Positions 38,743 through 52,029 of a stretch of 64,000 nt of DNA are shown piece by piece. Position 1 is the first letter of the stretch. The number at the start of each line of letters is the position of its first letter. Under the pieces are notes generated by a model that was not told the origin of the DNA, ran no database searches, and saw nothing but the letters and a program-made list of their open reading frames with translations. Location: contig NC_068988.1 of NCBI RefSeq assembly GCF_001194135.2, forward strand, positions 43,573,778-43,637,777, given 5' to 3'. This stretch comes from Octopus bimaculoides (Eukaryota). Position numbers and translations under genes: made by a program.

Positions 38743-39051
38743 CCATAATGGTAAGAAGTAAAAGAGTAAAAATGCAAAGTCCAAGGTTATAACCAGAAGT
38801 TGTGAGGTTTGTCCCCTCAACATCGCTTGACAACCGATGCTGGTGTGTTTATGTCCCCATAAACTTCATCAGAGAGTCCATAGTGGTAAGAAGTAAAAAA
38901 GTAAAAAAATTAAAGTCCAAGGTTATATCCAGAAGTTGTGAGATCACATCTTATTTCAATTTGATGGAGGAGATAATATAGATAAACTAAAAATTATGCC
39001 TCACATATACATATATACATACCTTATACACACACATACATACATACACAC

Positions 39052-39113
<62 letters not shown>

Positions 39114-39371
39114 NNNNNNNNNNNNNNNNNNNNNNNNNNNNNNNNNNNNNNNNNNNNNNNNNNNNNNNNNNNNNNNNNNNNNNNNNNNNNNNNNNNNNNN
39201 NNNNNNNNNNNNNNNNNNNNNNNNNNNNNNNNNNNNNNNNNNNNNNNNNNNNNNNNNNNNNNNNNNNNNNNNNNNNNNNNNNNNNNNNNNNNNNNNNNNN
39301 NNNNNNNNNNNNNNNNNNNNNNNNNNNNNNNNNNNNNNNNNNNNNNNNNNNNNNNNNNNNNNNNNNNNNNN

Positions 39372-39419
<48 letters not shown>

Positions 39420-39469
39420 GTGTGTGTATGTGTGTGTCTGTGTGCGTGTAAGTATATATGTATTTGCGT

Positions 39470-39670
39470 GTGCGTATGTTTATGTGTTTGGTCACTTCTA
39501 ATTGACAACCGGTGTTTGCTTTGTTTATGTCGCCGGTAAAAGAGACCGATAGAATACGTACCAGACTTTAAAAAATAAGTATTGGAGTCGATTTGTTCAG
39601 CTAAGATTTTCAGGGCTGTTCCCCAGCGTGGTCACAGTCCAGTAACTGAAACAAGTAAGAGATGAAATCG
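39470..39670 (+). mobile_element. SINE group C 3' half
   Basis: 'ttgacaaccggtg...agagaccgatagaatacgtaccag...ccccagcgtggtcacagtccagtaactgaaacaagtaa'. Confidence 0.8.
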
Positions 39671-41399
39671 AGGAAAATCGTTGTCCAGTCAATCTCTCTC
39701 TTATTTTCCCCGGTGAGGTTGTATAACAGACACGACAGTCTTTTACGACACCCTCGTGTGTCACGTAAATTTAATTAATTTAATTAATTTACGAACACAG
39801 AGATGCTTAAAGTCTTTGCGAGTATAACACATATGAATACGAGATGTTAACTGAACAATTCCATCGCTCTAAACGACTATACTCATGAACCGTTTTTAGT
39901 CAGACGTTAACTTCTGTTCTGCAAGCATAGCATTTGCATAAAATTATCTCCTCTCTTGAGCATCGTAAATCAGTTTGGTGTAAGATCCGACTCGAAAAGA
40001 ATGATTTCAATCATGATACATGGTATCTGAATAGAATCAGGATGGAATTGCATTTCAAAATTAACTGTAGAACAGAAACTATTAATATCAAAGCTTTCAC
40101 CAAAACTGTGAAAGCTGTATAATGAGACCATAAGACCGTAATAGGAAATCGCATATGTGATGAACCCCGATTACTTATCGTGGATACTACCCTACTCTGA
40201 CGAAACCAGAACGACACGCCAAAGGATGAGTTGTAGAAGCTTGAGCAGCTTCTATGAGGCACTATTAAGCTTTACGTTTCAATACTCCTCACAATAATAT
40301 ACCGGGAGCACTAAGCTGTGATATGTATAAATTCAATGTCATTACCAGTTCAAATATGCTTGTGGCACGTTCGAACCCGAAAGCAAGCCATTCACTGTGT
40401 TTCGTCATGGAGAAAATTTCTCGCTGTAGACAAATGGTGTAACTACACCTAAATCAGCTCGCAGTGCCACCTATCCAGACTGTGAGATGCAAGCATTTCG
40501 GAGTGGTTATCTCCTCTTCAGCTACAGAAACCAAACAGGGTGCGCTGAGGGATGACAAGAAAGATTGTCTCTCTTATGCTATTCCAGTCATCGTAGGATG
40601 GTAGCAGTAATCTGTGGCTCACCGTAAACAAATTACGGGGTGTGAGCGCTAAGCAGTGTTATGTGTAAATGCAATGTTAGATGGAAAGGTTCAGTGGCAA
40701 CATACATTGTTAACTGCTTCTCAATGAAGTTCATCTGATTGACAGGTAAACCTTCACTTGACAACACACTGTAGCAAGTAAATCATTGGTACGTTGTTTT
40801 CTCCCTCGACCTCATCTCTCGATACACCAGCAGTGTCTGTATAAGTAAATCTATCGCCAAGCGTTTGCTTCTGTTGCTTTCATCATCCCTTGCGTGTCGC
40901 ACGCCAAAAATCCAGTATCAAACACATTCATCAGTCAATCCTATTGTTCCTAGAACAGCAATTTTTGTGAATTTCCGCTCTGAACACAATTTATTCAGAC
41001 ATATAAACTCTTGTGTTTCAAACAAGGACATCAACGTTACTAATCTCCTCTAGTCTAAGGCTCCCTGCAAGTCTTTATTAGACTCGCTATATCATAATTA
41101 GTATTGAGACATTCTACAGTTTCTTTACATGTTATACATACATGCGCTCAGATGAAGTACGTATAATACTACTACTGGATATCACGGGGTGAAATCTGAA
41201 GGTGGACGAACTTTGTACTGTACTCTACTGCGTTCTTAACGTATAGAGTACAGATGCATTAAACCTAAAAATAAGATAGACTAGTCATGGTTGGAATGCC
41301 TTAGATTTTAAGATTTTAAGTCTGCCGGAATAACGGTAATATGGGTCTAAACAACAACAAAAGCTTAAAATATTTAGACGATGAAAAATTAAATGCTTT

Positions 41400-42620
41400 G
41401 ACAATACCTTTCTGAAATAAATCTACAGAGTACTTGAAGTGGTTAATAAGAGATTGAAGTCGATTCTCAGATTCTGCAAGTTGTAGACCCCACCGTCTAT
41501 CTCTATATGTTTAAAATTTAACATGGATGGTAAAGCGTTGGCATTTCCGTAAATGTGTTTGTGAAATGATAATTTTATAACACGTTTGGGTTTCATAAAG
41601 GAATCCAATTTATCAGCATTCATTCTGATGTAGTTCACAGAAAAACAATGTCAAGAAGAATTTTTGAGCTCAGCTCCTTGAAGAGAGCATACCATTATTA
41701 GAGCTGATTGCTAATTTCAATAGAAGCTTTTAGAAGTATTTTTCAAGATTCAAAAAAGTAAAGTGCTTAAGGGCCTTTGTTTCGAGTATGAAGACATGCG
41801 CTTGAATAAGGTTTGTAAATTTTGCAACAACCTGTATTTATCATTCGAAAGCCAGCCTAGCTCGAACTCCTGTCTTTTCCTTATCTATAAATGTTTTATA
41901 CATCACCGTAGTTGTGTAAATATTTCACATGTGATGCCAACTGCTGAATAGTTTTTTAGAATTTTCACTTTCTTAAGCCGTAATGACTCGCGGAATGCTT
42001 CATTAATTAGAGTTAAGATACTCATTGGATACGTAACTAAACAAGAAAAAATGACTCTGTTCAAGTGGTAGTGAGCATGCGCCACAAATTACTGCTCTGA
42101 AATTAACAAGTTTCATTATTTTGCGGTTCTAAGTTCGCTGTCTGGATATAGCTTGGAGAAGGATGAGATAATCCTACTACCTTTGAACTACGATGAGAAA
42201 GAACACTGGGAGAATTAACCAATGAAGTTGTGCAGCACCATAAAACTGAATAGATACAGGAGATTAAGGAAGATATTGTCAAGATCACGGACAGAAAAGC
42301 AAGCTAATCTTAGCTAACGGCAGACGCCATTGAGTATCACATAACAAAGATTCTACTTTGGTTTTTAAAAGTTATTAAATGTTCCAACAACTACAAACGA
42401 CTTAGAACTGATTTGCAATCTGCAAAGTGTGCTTCAAATATCAGCTGAACTAATTCATGAGAAGGAATTAAAGAGAGTGAAGATTGAAATTGTTTGAGAA
42501 AAGCAGCTAGATCGAACAAAAATCCCGTCGGATGTATAAAGAATTTTTGTAGGAAATTTTTGTAGCAAATTTTTGTTATCAATTCTTGAAGCTGAGGAAT
42601 GCACAAAGTTTATGCTATTA
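41400..42620 (-). mobile_element. Highly degenerate hAT (Charlie/SPIN-like) transposase remnant
   Basis: Scattered minus-strand pieces SDGIFV, SADI*STL, YSMA, HYHLNRV and LQNLRIDFN occur in the order expected for GTF2IRD2/SPIN-type transposases; many stops and frameshifts. Confidence 0.3.
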
Positions 42621-43315
42621 GCGTTTCTAAAGAAAAGAAACAAGCTTTACGTAAAATTAAAGAGGATTATCAATTTCATTAGGGACTAATGCTAAGCTTA
42701 AGAACAAGGAATTAATTCTAATTCTTCACTCAAGCTTCAAGCAAAATAGAAATTCTACCGGAAAGATATTATCATGAAGAATATGTATAGATTCGTGGCA
42801 CTCATGGAAAGACAATACACTGGAAACTTTTGTGGCTTTTTTTATGACAACGGATTGTGCAAGCATGACAACAATTCAGGATATCGTAATTTTTTATCAA
42901 GGGCCAAAATTCGTTAATTAACGCTATTATGTCCTACACTAATTGATACAAATAATTATATTCTTCAACCAAATGATTTTAAACGTCTTACAAGGTCTTA
43001 TATCATATTGCAGCATCTTAAAACTTCTTTCAAGGACGCTAACATGCACCTCCATAATTGCAATGGATTGCATTATGTTGTTTATCTCTTTTAAAAAAAT
43101 GGTTAGATTGTCGAGAATAAGACATCTAGTAGATATTTCTGCTGTAAAACTGTCTGTATTGACCTTTGATAATGACGTTCTAATTTTAAGTGATATATCC
43201 TTGGCATTAACAAAAAAAAAAAAAAAAAAATAGGACTAAAAAAATCAATTAATTAAAACTAATGTCTTGTTGATAATTTGAACCTTACACTCAAGTATCA
43301 TGACCCAAACTTATT

Positions 43316-43744
43316 CTTTTCTACTCTAGGCACAAGGCCTGAAATTTTGGGGGAGGGGGCCAGTCGATCAGATCGACCCTAGTACGCAACTGGTACTTAA
43401 TTTATCGACTCCGAAGGATAAAAGTCAAAGTCGACCTCGGTGGAATTTGAACTCACAACGTAAAGGCAGACGAAATACCGCTAAGCATTTCGCCCGGCGT
43501 GCTAATGTTTCTTATTTCTTTACTGCCCACAAGGGGCTACACACAGAGGTGACAAACAAGGACAGACAAAGGGATTAAGTTGATTACATCGACCCCAGTG
43601 CGTAACTGGTACTTAATTTCTCGACCCCGAAAGGATGAAAGGCAAAGTCGACCTCGGCGGAATTTGAACACAGAACGTAAAGACAGACGAAATACTGCTA
43701 AGTATTTCGCCTGGCGTGCTAACGTTTCTACCAGCTCGCCACCT
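43316..43744 (-). mobile_element. Dimeric SINE group A with 18-bp TSD
   Basis: Two A monomers head-to-tail; TSD tcatgacccaaacttatt (43298-43315) and tcatgacctgaacttatt (43745-43762). Confidence 0.9.
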
Positions 43745-44312
43745 TCATGACCTGAACTTATTGCAACACATTTTTGTTATCTGAGACAAATACAAAAATC
43801 ATCATCGATAGCAGTGAGTAAACTTTACTTTATTTGGAATTGTTCAGCCAGTTACAAAATTCTGTTGGCCAGACATTGCATTGAAAAAGTTGCATTCTAT
43901 AATAGCGAGGACTGTACAATAACAGAACCATTGACAGATGATTTAGACACTGGATATTGCTTTCGTTTAAGATGAATTCATAATAACTAACAGTTCGTTA
44001 TATGGGTGCGGGTTTTATCAGCTGATATTATCATAAGCTGCAAAACATAAATTTTTCATGGACATGTTTTAAGAAGATCAATGTTCAAATGCGCTGACAA
44101 CTGCCGAGACGCATTGGATTTGCGAATGACGAACATTTCGTTAGTTATTAAGGAGTATTTAGAGACAATAGAGATATTGCTATAACTAGAAAGCAAGGGA
44201 GAAGATCAAGTATCTGGATACTCAACATACCACAAGTTTGGGCAACCCGTTATGGAGACAGAACCATTATGAAAATGATAAAGGAAGAGGAGGTGACGTG
44301 GGAAGAAAGGGA

Positions 44313-44381
44313 AAGAAGAAGAAGAAGAAGAAGAAGAAGAAGAAGAAGAAGAAGAAGAAGAAGAAGAAGAAGAAGAAGAAG

Positions 44382-44411
<30 letters not shown>
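44313..44411. repeat. (AAG)n microsatellite
   Basis: Seen directly; source of the poly-K/S/F ORFs. Confidence 0.98.
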
Positions 44412-44412
<1 letters not shown>

Positions 44413-45036
44413 GGATAACCTGTCCGCAGATATATGATACAAAGAACAAAACTTCGGTGTTGCTCTGGTGGATCAACGGATTGAGGAACACGCTACGCAC
44501 CACTAAGTTGGTTACAGCAATGTTTTTCAGACTGACAAATACGAGCCTCACCACCACCATCTCGAAAAATTCCCATGAAATTTTAGGGCGCTCCTCTTCC
44601 TCTTTATTAGAGAAGAGAAAAGATTTTGTAGCCGTTTAATTCTTTGTTTCGTTGCCATGTTGTTTTTAAAGCTTTTTAAACGATTTCTGTTTTATTAAAC
44701 ACGACAACTTACCCATCCTCTCTTCATTACTCGCAACACTCAACCCATCCCTACAAAAGGGGCCTTGCTGCGCCCTTCCATATGAAATGTACTGCGTTTT
44801 GGAGATTGTTCTCGTTAAGGTGAATGACTAAGCAACCGCGACTTAATAATCGAACATCGTTCATAAGAAATATTATTCAATATATATTGTTACGTAAGTA
44901 CAATGAGTCAGAATTATAGAGAAGAGATAAAGATGTTATACACTCACACATAAATATATATGTGTATATGTACACACACACACATACACACATTTATATA
45001 TATATATATATACGGGAACGTGAAACTGTAACAGTT

Positions 45037-45400
45037 TATTCTTTTATTCTTTTATTCTTTTATTTGTTTTAGTCATTTGACTGCGGTCATGCAAGAGCAC
45101 TGCCTTTAGTCGAGCAAATCGACCCCAGGACTTATTCTTTGTAAGCCTAGTACTTGTTCTATCGGCTTCTTTTGCCGAACCACTAGATTACGGGGACGTA
45201 AACACACCAGCATCGGTTGTCAAGCGATACTGTGTGGACAAACACAGACACAGAAATATATACACATATATATAAGACGGGCTTCTTTCAGTTTCTGTCT
45301 ACCAAATTCACTCACAAGGCTTTGGTCGGCCTGAGGCTACAGTATAAGGCACTTGCTGAACCCGGAACCATATGGTTGGTAAGCAAGCTACTTACCACAC
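45037..45400 (-). mobile_element. SINE group C
   Basis: (TTTTATTC)n tail at ~45040, core 'gaccccaggacttattc', head 'cccggaaccatatggttggtaagcaagctacttaccacac'. Confidence 0.9.
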
Positions 45401-45516
45401 AAGATTTTTCAGCTTTTTACGTATTCGAGTACTATTTTTTCCACTTTGCTTGTATTTATGCGCTTAACGATATATATATGTATGTATATATATGTGTGTG
45501 TATGTATGTGTGTGCT

Positions 45517-45549
<33 letters not shown>

Positions 45550-45669
45550 CAAGCTATCGTTATACATGCATATACATACATACATGCATATACATACATA
45601 CATACATACATACATACATACATACATACATACATACATACATGCAAGCGTACACACATAAGAAAATAC

Positions 45670-46107
45670 CTACGCTGAAGTATTGAGGAATCTATCCAGA
45701 TTGCAAGTTTATGTTTATATCTGTAATTATCGGAGCCCTGGGATATGTAGCACACTGTCTAAATACCAATCTTGAGAAATTAAGCTTCTCAGAACCAGAA
45801 AGGAGAAAGCTAATTCGAAGATTACAGGTCACTGGAACTGTAAAATCTGTAACACTTTCAAGAAGTTTATCATTTAAATATGTATGAGTATGTCTAGACA
45901 TGCAACTATGTGCATGAGAAGACATACATAAAACAAAACATACAAATCCGCACCTATACATACATACATGCGTACATACATACATACATACATGCATACA
46001 TACATACCCTGTTGTTGATGTTGAAATTCCAATGAAGGAACCTTGGATCTAGGTTAGAAACCGGCTCTTTCTCTATTGACAAGAAATTTTGAAATAAAAC
46101 TGAATAA
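45670..46107 (+). mobile_element. RLE non-LTR retrotransposon 3' end (R4-like) plus 3' UTR
   Basis: With small indels: YAEVLRNL / PDCKFMFISVIIGALGYVAHCLNTNLEKLSFSEPERRKLIRRLQ / ICNTFKKFII*; the 'IIGALG' motif marks the RLE C-terminus. Flanked by (CATA)n. Confidence 0.7.
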
Positions 46108-46179
46108 CGATGTACATACATACATGAATGTATGTATGTATGTATGTATGTATGTATGTATGTATGTACGCATGTACAG

Positions 46180-46480
46180 GAGCACTCCGACGGTTACGAT
46201 AACGAATGTCCCAGCTGATACGATCAACAGAACAGCCTGCTCGTGAAATTAACGTGCAAATGGCTGAGTACTCCACGATTACGTGCACCCTTAACGTAGT
46301 TCTCAGGGAGATCCAGCTGGCCCTTTGAAATAGAGGTACTACTCATTTTTGCCAGCTGAGTGGAGTGGAGCACTGTGAAATAAAGTGTCTTATTCAAGGA
46401 CACAACGTGTCGCTGGGAATTGAACTCATGACCTTATGATCGTGAGCCGAATGCCCTAACCACTAAGTCACGCGCCTTCA
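46180..46480 (-). mobile_element. tRNA-derived SINE group B (head 2 plus tail X)
   Basis: 'gcactccgacggttacg...cagcctgctcgtgaaattaacgtgc...gtgagccgaatgccctaaccactaagtcacgcgccttc'. Confidence 0.9.
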
Positions 46481-48206
46481 CTTGTATGTACATACATGTA
46501 CATACTCATACATGTACATACACATACATTTTACAGACAGTATATAAGAATTGTGAAATGAAATAACTAGAAACGAGTAATGAAAATTGGTTTCGGTATA
46601 CATGACAAAATTGATTATTACTCGTTATGAAAGTTCGGTTTTATTGCTGTAAGATTAATAATATTACGTATAACCTTCGGTGGAGTGTTAGTTCCCAAAA
46701 TTCATTAGTAATTTCGCGAATATGATGTAATATTAATATCTAATCCTGGCACAATGCCTTGGATTCGAAATGGATGACGTAGTGATGATAGAGTTCATAA
46801 AAATTCGACATCACTAAATTATTTCTATTTATTTGAATCGGAGAAGGAGGTCTCTGACTGGTCGTAATGGCGGCGAAATGTTCATCAGATCGCGCCCTCC
46901 TACTATCTGTTTTTTTTTTAAAAACGTTGTTCACGGCTGGAATGCCTTTGATCGTAGATGATATGCGTACAAAAATTTGTTTGGAGATAAACAACAATAG
47001 CAACAAGTATTACCACCACCACCTCTACCACCATCACCACGACGACGACGANNNNNNNNNNNNNNNNNNNNNNNNNNNNNNNNNNNNNNNNNNNNNNNNN
47101 NNNNNNNNNNNNNNNNNNNNNNNNNNNNNNNNNNNNNNNNNNNNNNNNNNNNNNNNNNNNNNNNNNNNNNNNNNNNNNNNNNNNNNNNNNNNNNNNNNNN
47201 NNNNNNNNNNNNNNNNNNNNNNNNNNNNNNNNNNNNNNNNNNNNNNNNNNNNNNNNNNNNNNNNNNNNNNNNNNNNNNNNNNNNNNNNNNNNNNNNNNNN
47301 NNNNNNNNNNNNNNNNNNNNNNNNNNNNNNNNNNNNNNNNNNNNNNNNNNNNNNNNNNNNNNNNNNNNNNNNNNNNNNNNNNNNNNNNNNNNNNNNNNNN
47401 NNNNNNNNNNNNNNNNNNNNNNNNNNNNNNNNNNNNNNNNNNNNNNNNNNNNNNNNNNNNNNNNNNNNNNNNNNNNNNNNNNNNNNNNNNNNNNNNNNNN
47501 NNNNNNNNNNNNNNNNNNNNNNNNNNNNNNNNNNNNNNNNNNNNNNNNNNNNNNNNNNNNNNNNNNNNNNNNNNNNNNNNNNNNNNNNNNNNNNNNNNNN
47601 NNNNNNNNNNNNNNNNNNNNNNNNNNNNNNNNNNNNNNNNNNNNNNNNNNNNNNNNNNNNNNNNNNNNNNNNNNNNNNNNNNNNNNNNNNNNNNNNNNNN
47701 NNNNNNNNNNNNNNNNNNNNNNNNNNNNNNNNNNNNNNNNNNNNNNNNNNNNNNNNNNNNNNNNNNNNNNNNNNNNNNNNNNNNNNNNNNNNNNNNNNNN
47801 NNNNNNNNNNNNNNNNNNNNNNNNNNNNNNNNNNNNNNNNNNNNNNNNNNNNNNNNNNNNNNNNNNNNNNNNNNNNNNNNNNNNNNNNNNNNNNNNNNNN
47901 NNNNNNNNNNNNNNNNNNNNNNNNNNNNNNNNNNNNNNNNNNNNNNNNNNNNNNNTATATATATATATATATATATATATTCGTACGTCTAGATGTGTAT
48001 GTATACATATATCTATATATGTACTCAGACACACGTACATAAATACATACATACAAGCATGCATGCATGCAAATATGCATACATAAGTACGTATGTACAT
48101 ACATACACACTCACATACATAATACATATATATGTATCAATGTATGTATATGTTTGGAAGTGTCAAATACTTAGAGCCCCAAATATGATACATGTATGTG
48201 TGTATG

Positions 48207-48248
<42 letters not shown>

Positions 48249-48340
48249 CATACACTACATACACGTATATATGTATGTATTTAAGTATATCACACTCCCA
48301 TATATACATACGTACGTACATACACACATACATACATACA

Positions 48341-48371
<31 letters not shown>

Positions 48372-50049
48372 GTACGTACGCATATGTATGTATTTCACGC
48401 ACCAAAATACACAACCGCGCATACACATCTATACACACACATGCATATTATTCATAATTTTTGCCACATAAATATATAATACATACTTAGACATAATTAT
48501 AAATACAAATGATGATGCCTCTATGTACATACGTATCAACTCTGTAAAACTGGCTGTGTATTTACACCTTCATATGTGTTGATATCATATATATATATAT
48601 ATTTATGTACATAGAATCATTAGAGAATAGAAATTCATTATATGTAATCTATACTTATATACATACGCTAGCTGTTCCTATAAATTGTGCATAGCTTATA
48701 GACATTGGCAGATTAAAAATTTAATCATACGTACGTATATATAAGCTTATATCCATATCTGCATGTGTTTGTGTGCGGGCGAGGGTTACTTGTGTATGTA
48801 TGAGTATGTGTATGTGCGTGTGCCCGCGCGCGTGTTAGCATGTTATCAATCGAGTGCCTGTACGCTTCTCAATCTTAACTTTATCAGTTACTATGTATAT
48901 GCATCTAGCTCTGCATGAATAAAAGGCATATACGCATTCACTCACAAACACACACGCATGCACATACACACATATACGCACCCAGGTACATGTATATTGA
49001 TATATACATATATATNNNNNNNNNNNNNNNNNNNNNNNNNNNNNNNNNNNNNNNNNNNNNNNNNNNNNNNNNNNNNNNNNNNNNNNNNNNNNNNNNNNNN
49101 NNNNNNNNNNNNNNNNNNNNNNNNNNNNNNNNNNNNNNNNNNNNNNNNNNNNNNNNNNNNNNNNNNNNNNNNNNNNNNNNNNNNNNNNNNNNNNNNNNNN
49201 NNNNNNNNNNNNNNNNNNNNNNNNNNNNNNNNNNNNNNNNNNNNNNNNNNNNNNNNNNNNNNNNNNNNNNNNNNNNNNNNNNNNNNNNNNNNNNNNNNNN
49301 NNNNNNNNNNNNNNNNNNNNNNNNNNNNNNNNNNNNNNNNNNNNNNNNNNNNNNNNNNNNNNNNNNNNNNNNNNNNNNNNNNNNNNNNNNNNNNNNNNNN
49401 NNNNNNNNNNAACAAGTCTTTAGTTAATCGGATACGATCGTTTCATGGTTAAGGGAATGAACATTTCCCTATTCCAAATCATCAGTCCGATATTCTGATA
49501 AATTTGAAAGTGTCTACTAAAAAATTCACGGTAATCTTTGGCCATGCGACACCAAAAATCAATTGATACATACATTTGTTCTATGTGTGCCACAAATATC
49601 GCCATCCATTTAGAGAAAAATTTGTAGTTTAGAATCAGTAGTTCTTTGACTGCTATTTCTAAATTTTCAGTATGTTGGAGAAGCAACTCAATGCTAATCC
49701 CTGTATATTTATGATGATGTGTTTATGTGTGTGTATGTGTGTATATGTATGTATACATATCTATGTCTATATATATACACACACGTATGTATGCATATAT
49801 ATATATATATAAGTAGAGGGATACAAATGGAGAGAGAAAGAGAGAGGTTGTGTATATTATGAATGTATGTATCAATTCTTGCTTATATAAAGGACTTGCC
49901 AAAAGCAAATGCTCGTAATAGCACTTACCCCGTCACCTCCTTGAACAAAAGCAAGAGCAGAAACTCTTTAAAAGAAAAATTAAAATAATATCAGAACGAA
50001 ACATTTTGAATAACTTGTATATAGAAGGAGAAAAAAACAAACAAACAAG

Positions 50050-50097
<48 letters not shown>

Positions 50098-50595
50098 NNN
50101 NNNNNNNNNNNNNNNNNNNNNNNNNNNNNNNNNNNNNNNNNNNNNNNNNNNNNNNNNNNNNNNNNNNNNNNNNNNNNNNNNNNNNNNNNNNNNNNNNNNN
50201 NNNNNNNNNNNNNNNNNNNNNNNNNNNNNNNNNNNNNNNNNNNNNNNNNNNNNNNNNNNNNNNNNNNNNNNNNNNNNNNNNNNNNNNNNNNNNNNNNNNN
50301 NNNNNNNNNNNNNNNNNNNNNNNNNNNNNNNNNNNNNNNNNNNNNNNNNNNNNNNNNNNNNNNNNNNNNNNNNNNNNNNNNNNNNNNNNNNNNNNNNNNN
50401 NNNNNNNNNNNNNNNNNNNNNNNNNNNNNNNNNNNNNNNNNNNNNNNNNNNNNNNNNNNNNTTTTATGTTATTTTTACCTTTATTACGCTTATTTTCAGT
50501 CGTCGTCGTCGTCGTCGTCGTCATCGTCATCATCATCATCATCATCATCATTATCATCATCATCATCGCTGTCGTCATCGCCGGCGGCGTCTTTG

Positions 50596-50645
<50 letters not shown>

Positions 50646-51027
50646 GATTTGACACAGGTTCGGTTTTATTCCTGGTAGGATTTATGTGTTACTATATGTA
50701 TTCTTCTTCTTCTTCTTCTTGTCATTGTTGTTGCTTTTTCTGTTGTTGTTGTTTATCTTTATCGAAAAGAAAAAAACCGGTATAAATCTTCCCTCAACCT
50801 TCATTTTTACGCGTCAGTTTTTCTTTGTATTTTTCGTTCCGTTAATTTTTATAAAACAGTTGCCAGTGCAGTTCAACAGTTTTCATTTGATATCGCTTGA
50901 GTATTATTCCAGATGCTCCATATGCTTGCGTTTATTTATTTATTTATCATCTAAAAAATGTTTTAAGCACTTATTCCTGTAATCCTCCTTTCTTTTGCAA
51001 ACAATAGATATTGCACGCACATATAGC

Positions 51028-51069
<42 letters not shown>

Positions 51070-51151
51070 GTCTCTCAGTCTCTCTCTCTCTTTCTGTCTC
51101 TGTCTGTCTGTCTGTCTGTCTCTGCCTCTCTGTCTCTCTGTCTCTCTCTCT

Positions 51152-51233
<82 letters not shown>

Positions 51234-52029
51234 ATATATAATGGATTCTCTTGTCATGAACGACAAATGAGGTTTCAGTTAAATAAAGCGTTAATCATGT
51301 TCTATGAACACGAATGTGTCCCTTGAGACCTGCTGGTGCCTTGCAAACCTTTTGGCAAATGGAACAAGATGAGGATTCAGTTTACTTGAGTGCTTGTGAT
51401 CATTTACTATATGCTTTCTTGAGTGGACAGTTAGCGAACTAGATGCATTCCTTAAAAAGCAACACTATAACTTTCGATAATCTCACACAATGTGATTAAT
51501 ATCATAAAATTATTAAACGTAAATCAATCAGTTTTACAAACTAATACATACACAAATACTCGCTATTAATTCCACTGCAAAGCAACAGTGTGAAGTAGCA
51601 CAGAAAATACTAAATCTAGGATGCGGATAGAGGTTCTGGTTCAACCTCACAAGTAAGTTGCGTTTCGGAGAGTTCATTTAAAATAAGCTGTGTTCTTCTT
51701 GAGATAACACCTACAAAGCAGTTCACGACAGTAGGGCATCATGCTCAGAACACATCCCTTTATCTTCGTGCTGCATTTCCTGCAAGGTTATTTTCAGTTA
51801 ACTAGCATCCGATTTCCGTAAGTTTGGTGACGATGTTAATGAGAAATTCACTAATAAGCATACTTTCGGTGGTTACTGATTCCGCAGTGTGATTTTCAGC
51901 CCATTTTGCATGTATTGCCTTGCAAATTCCTGCAGATAACATCTTAAAGTAAGACTCTTGCAATAACTCGAAATCTTCGAATTTAGTTTTGTTTGCCCTT
52001 CTTTGGCCAGTTCAAACGATGTAATTGAT

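Noticed and set aside
46867-50647. Longest ORFs in the track (up to 398 aa)
   Set aside because: They consist almost entirely of N-gap (47052-47955, 49016-49410, 50098-50461) and carry no coding information.
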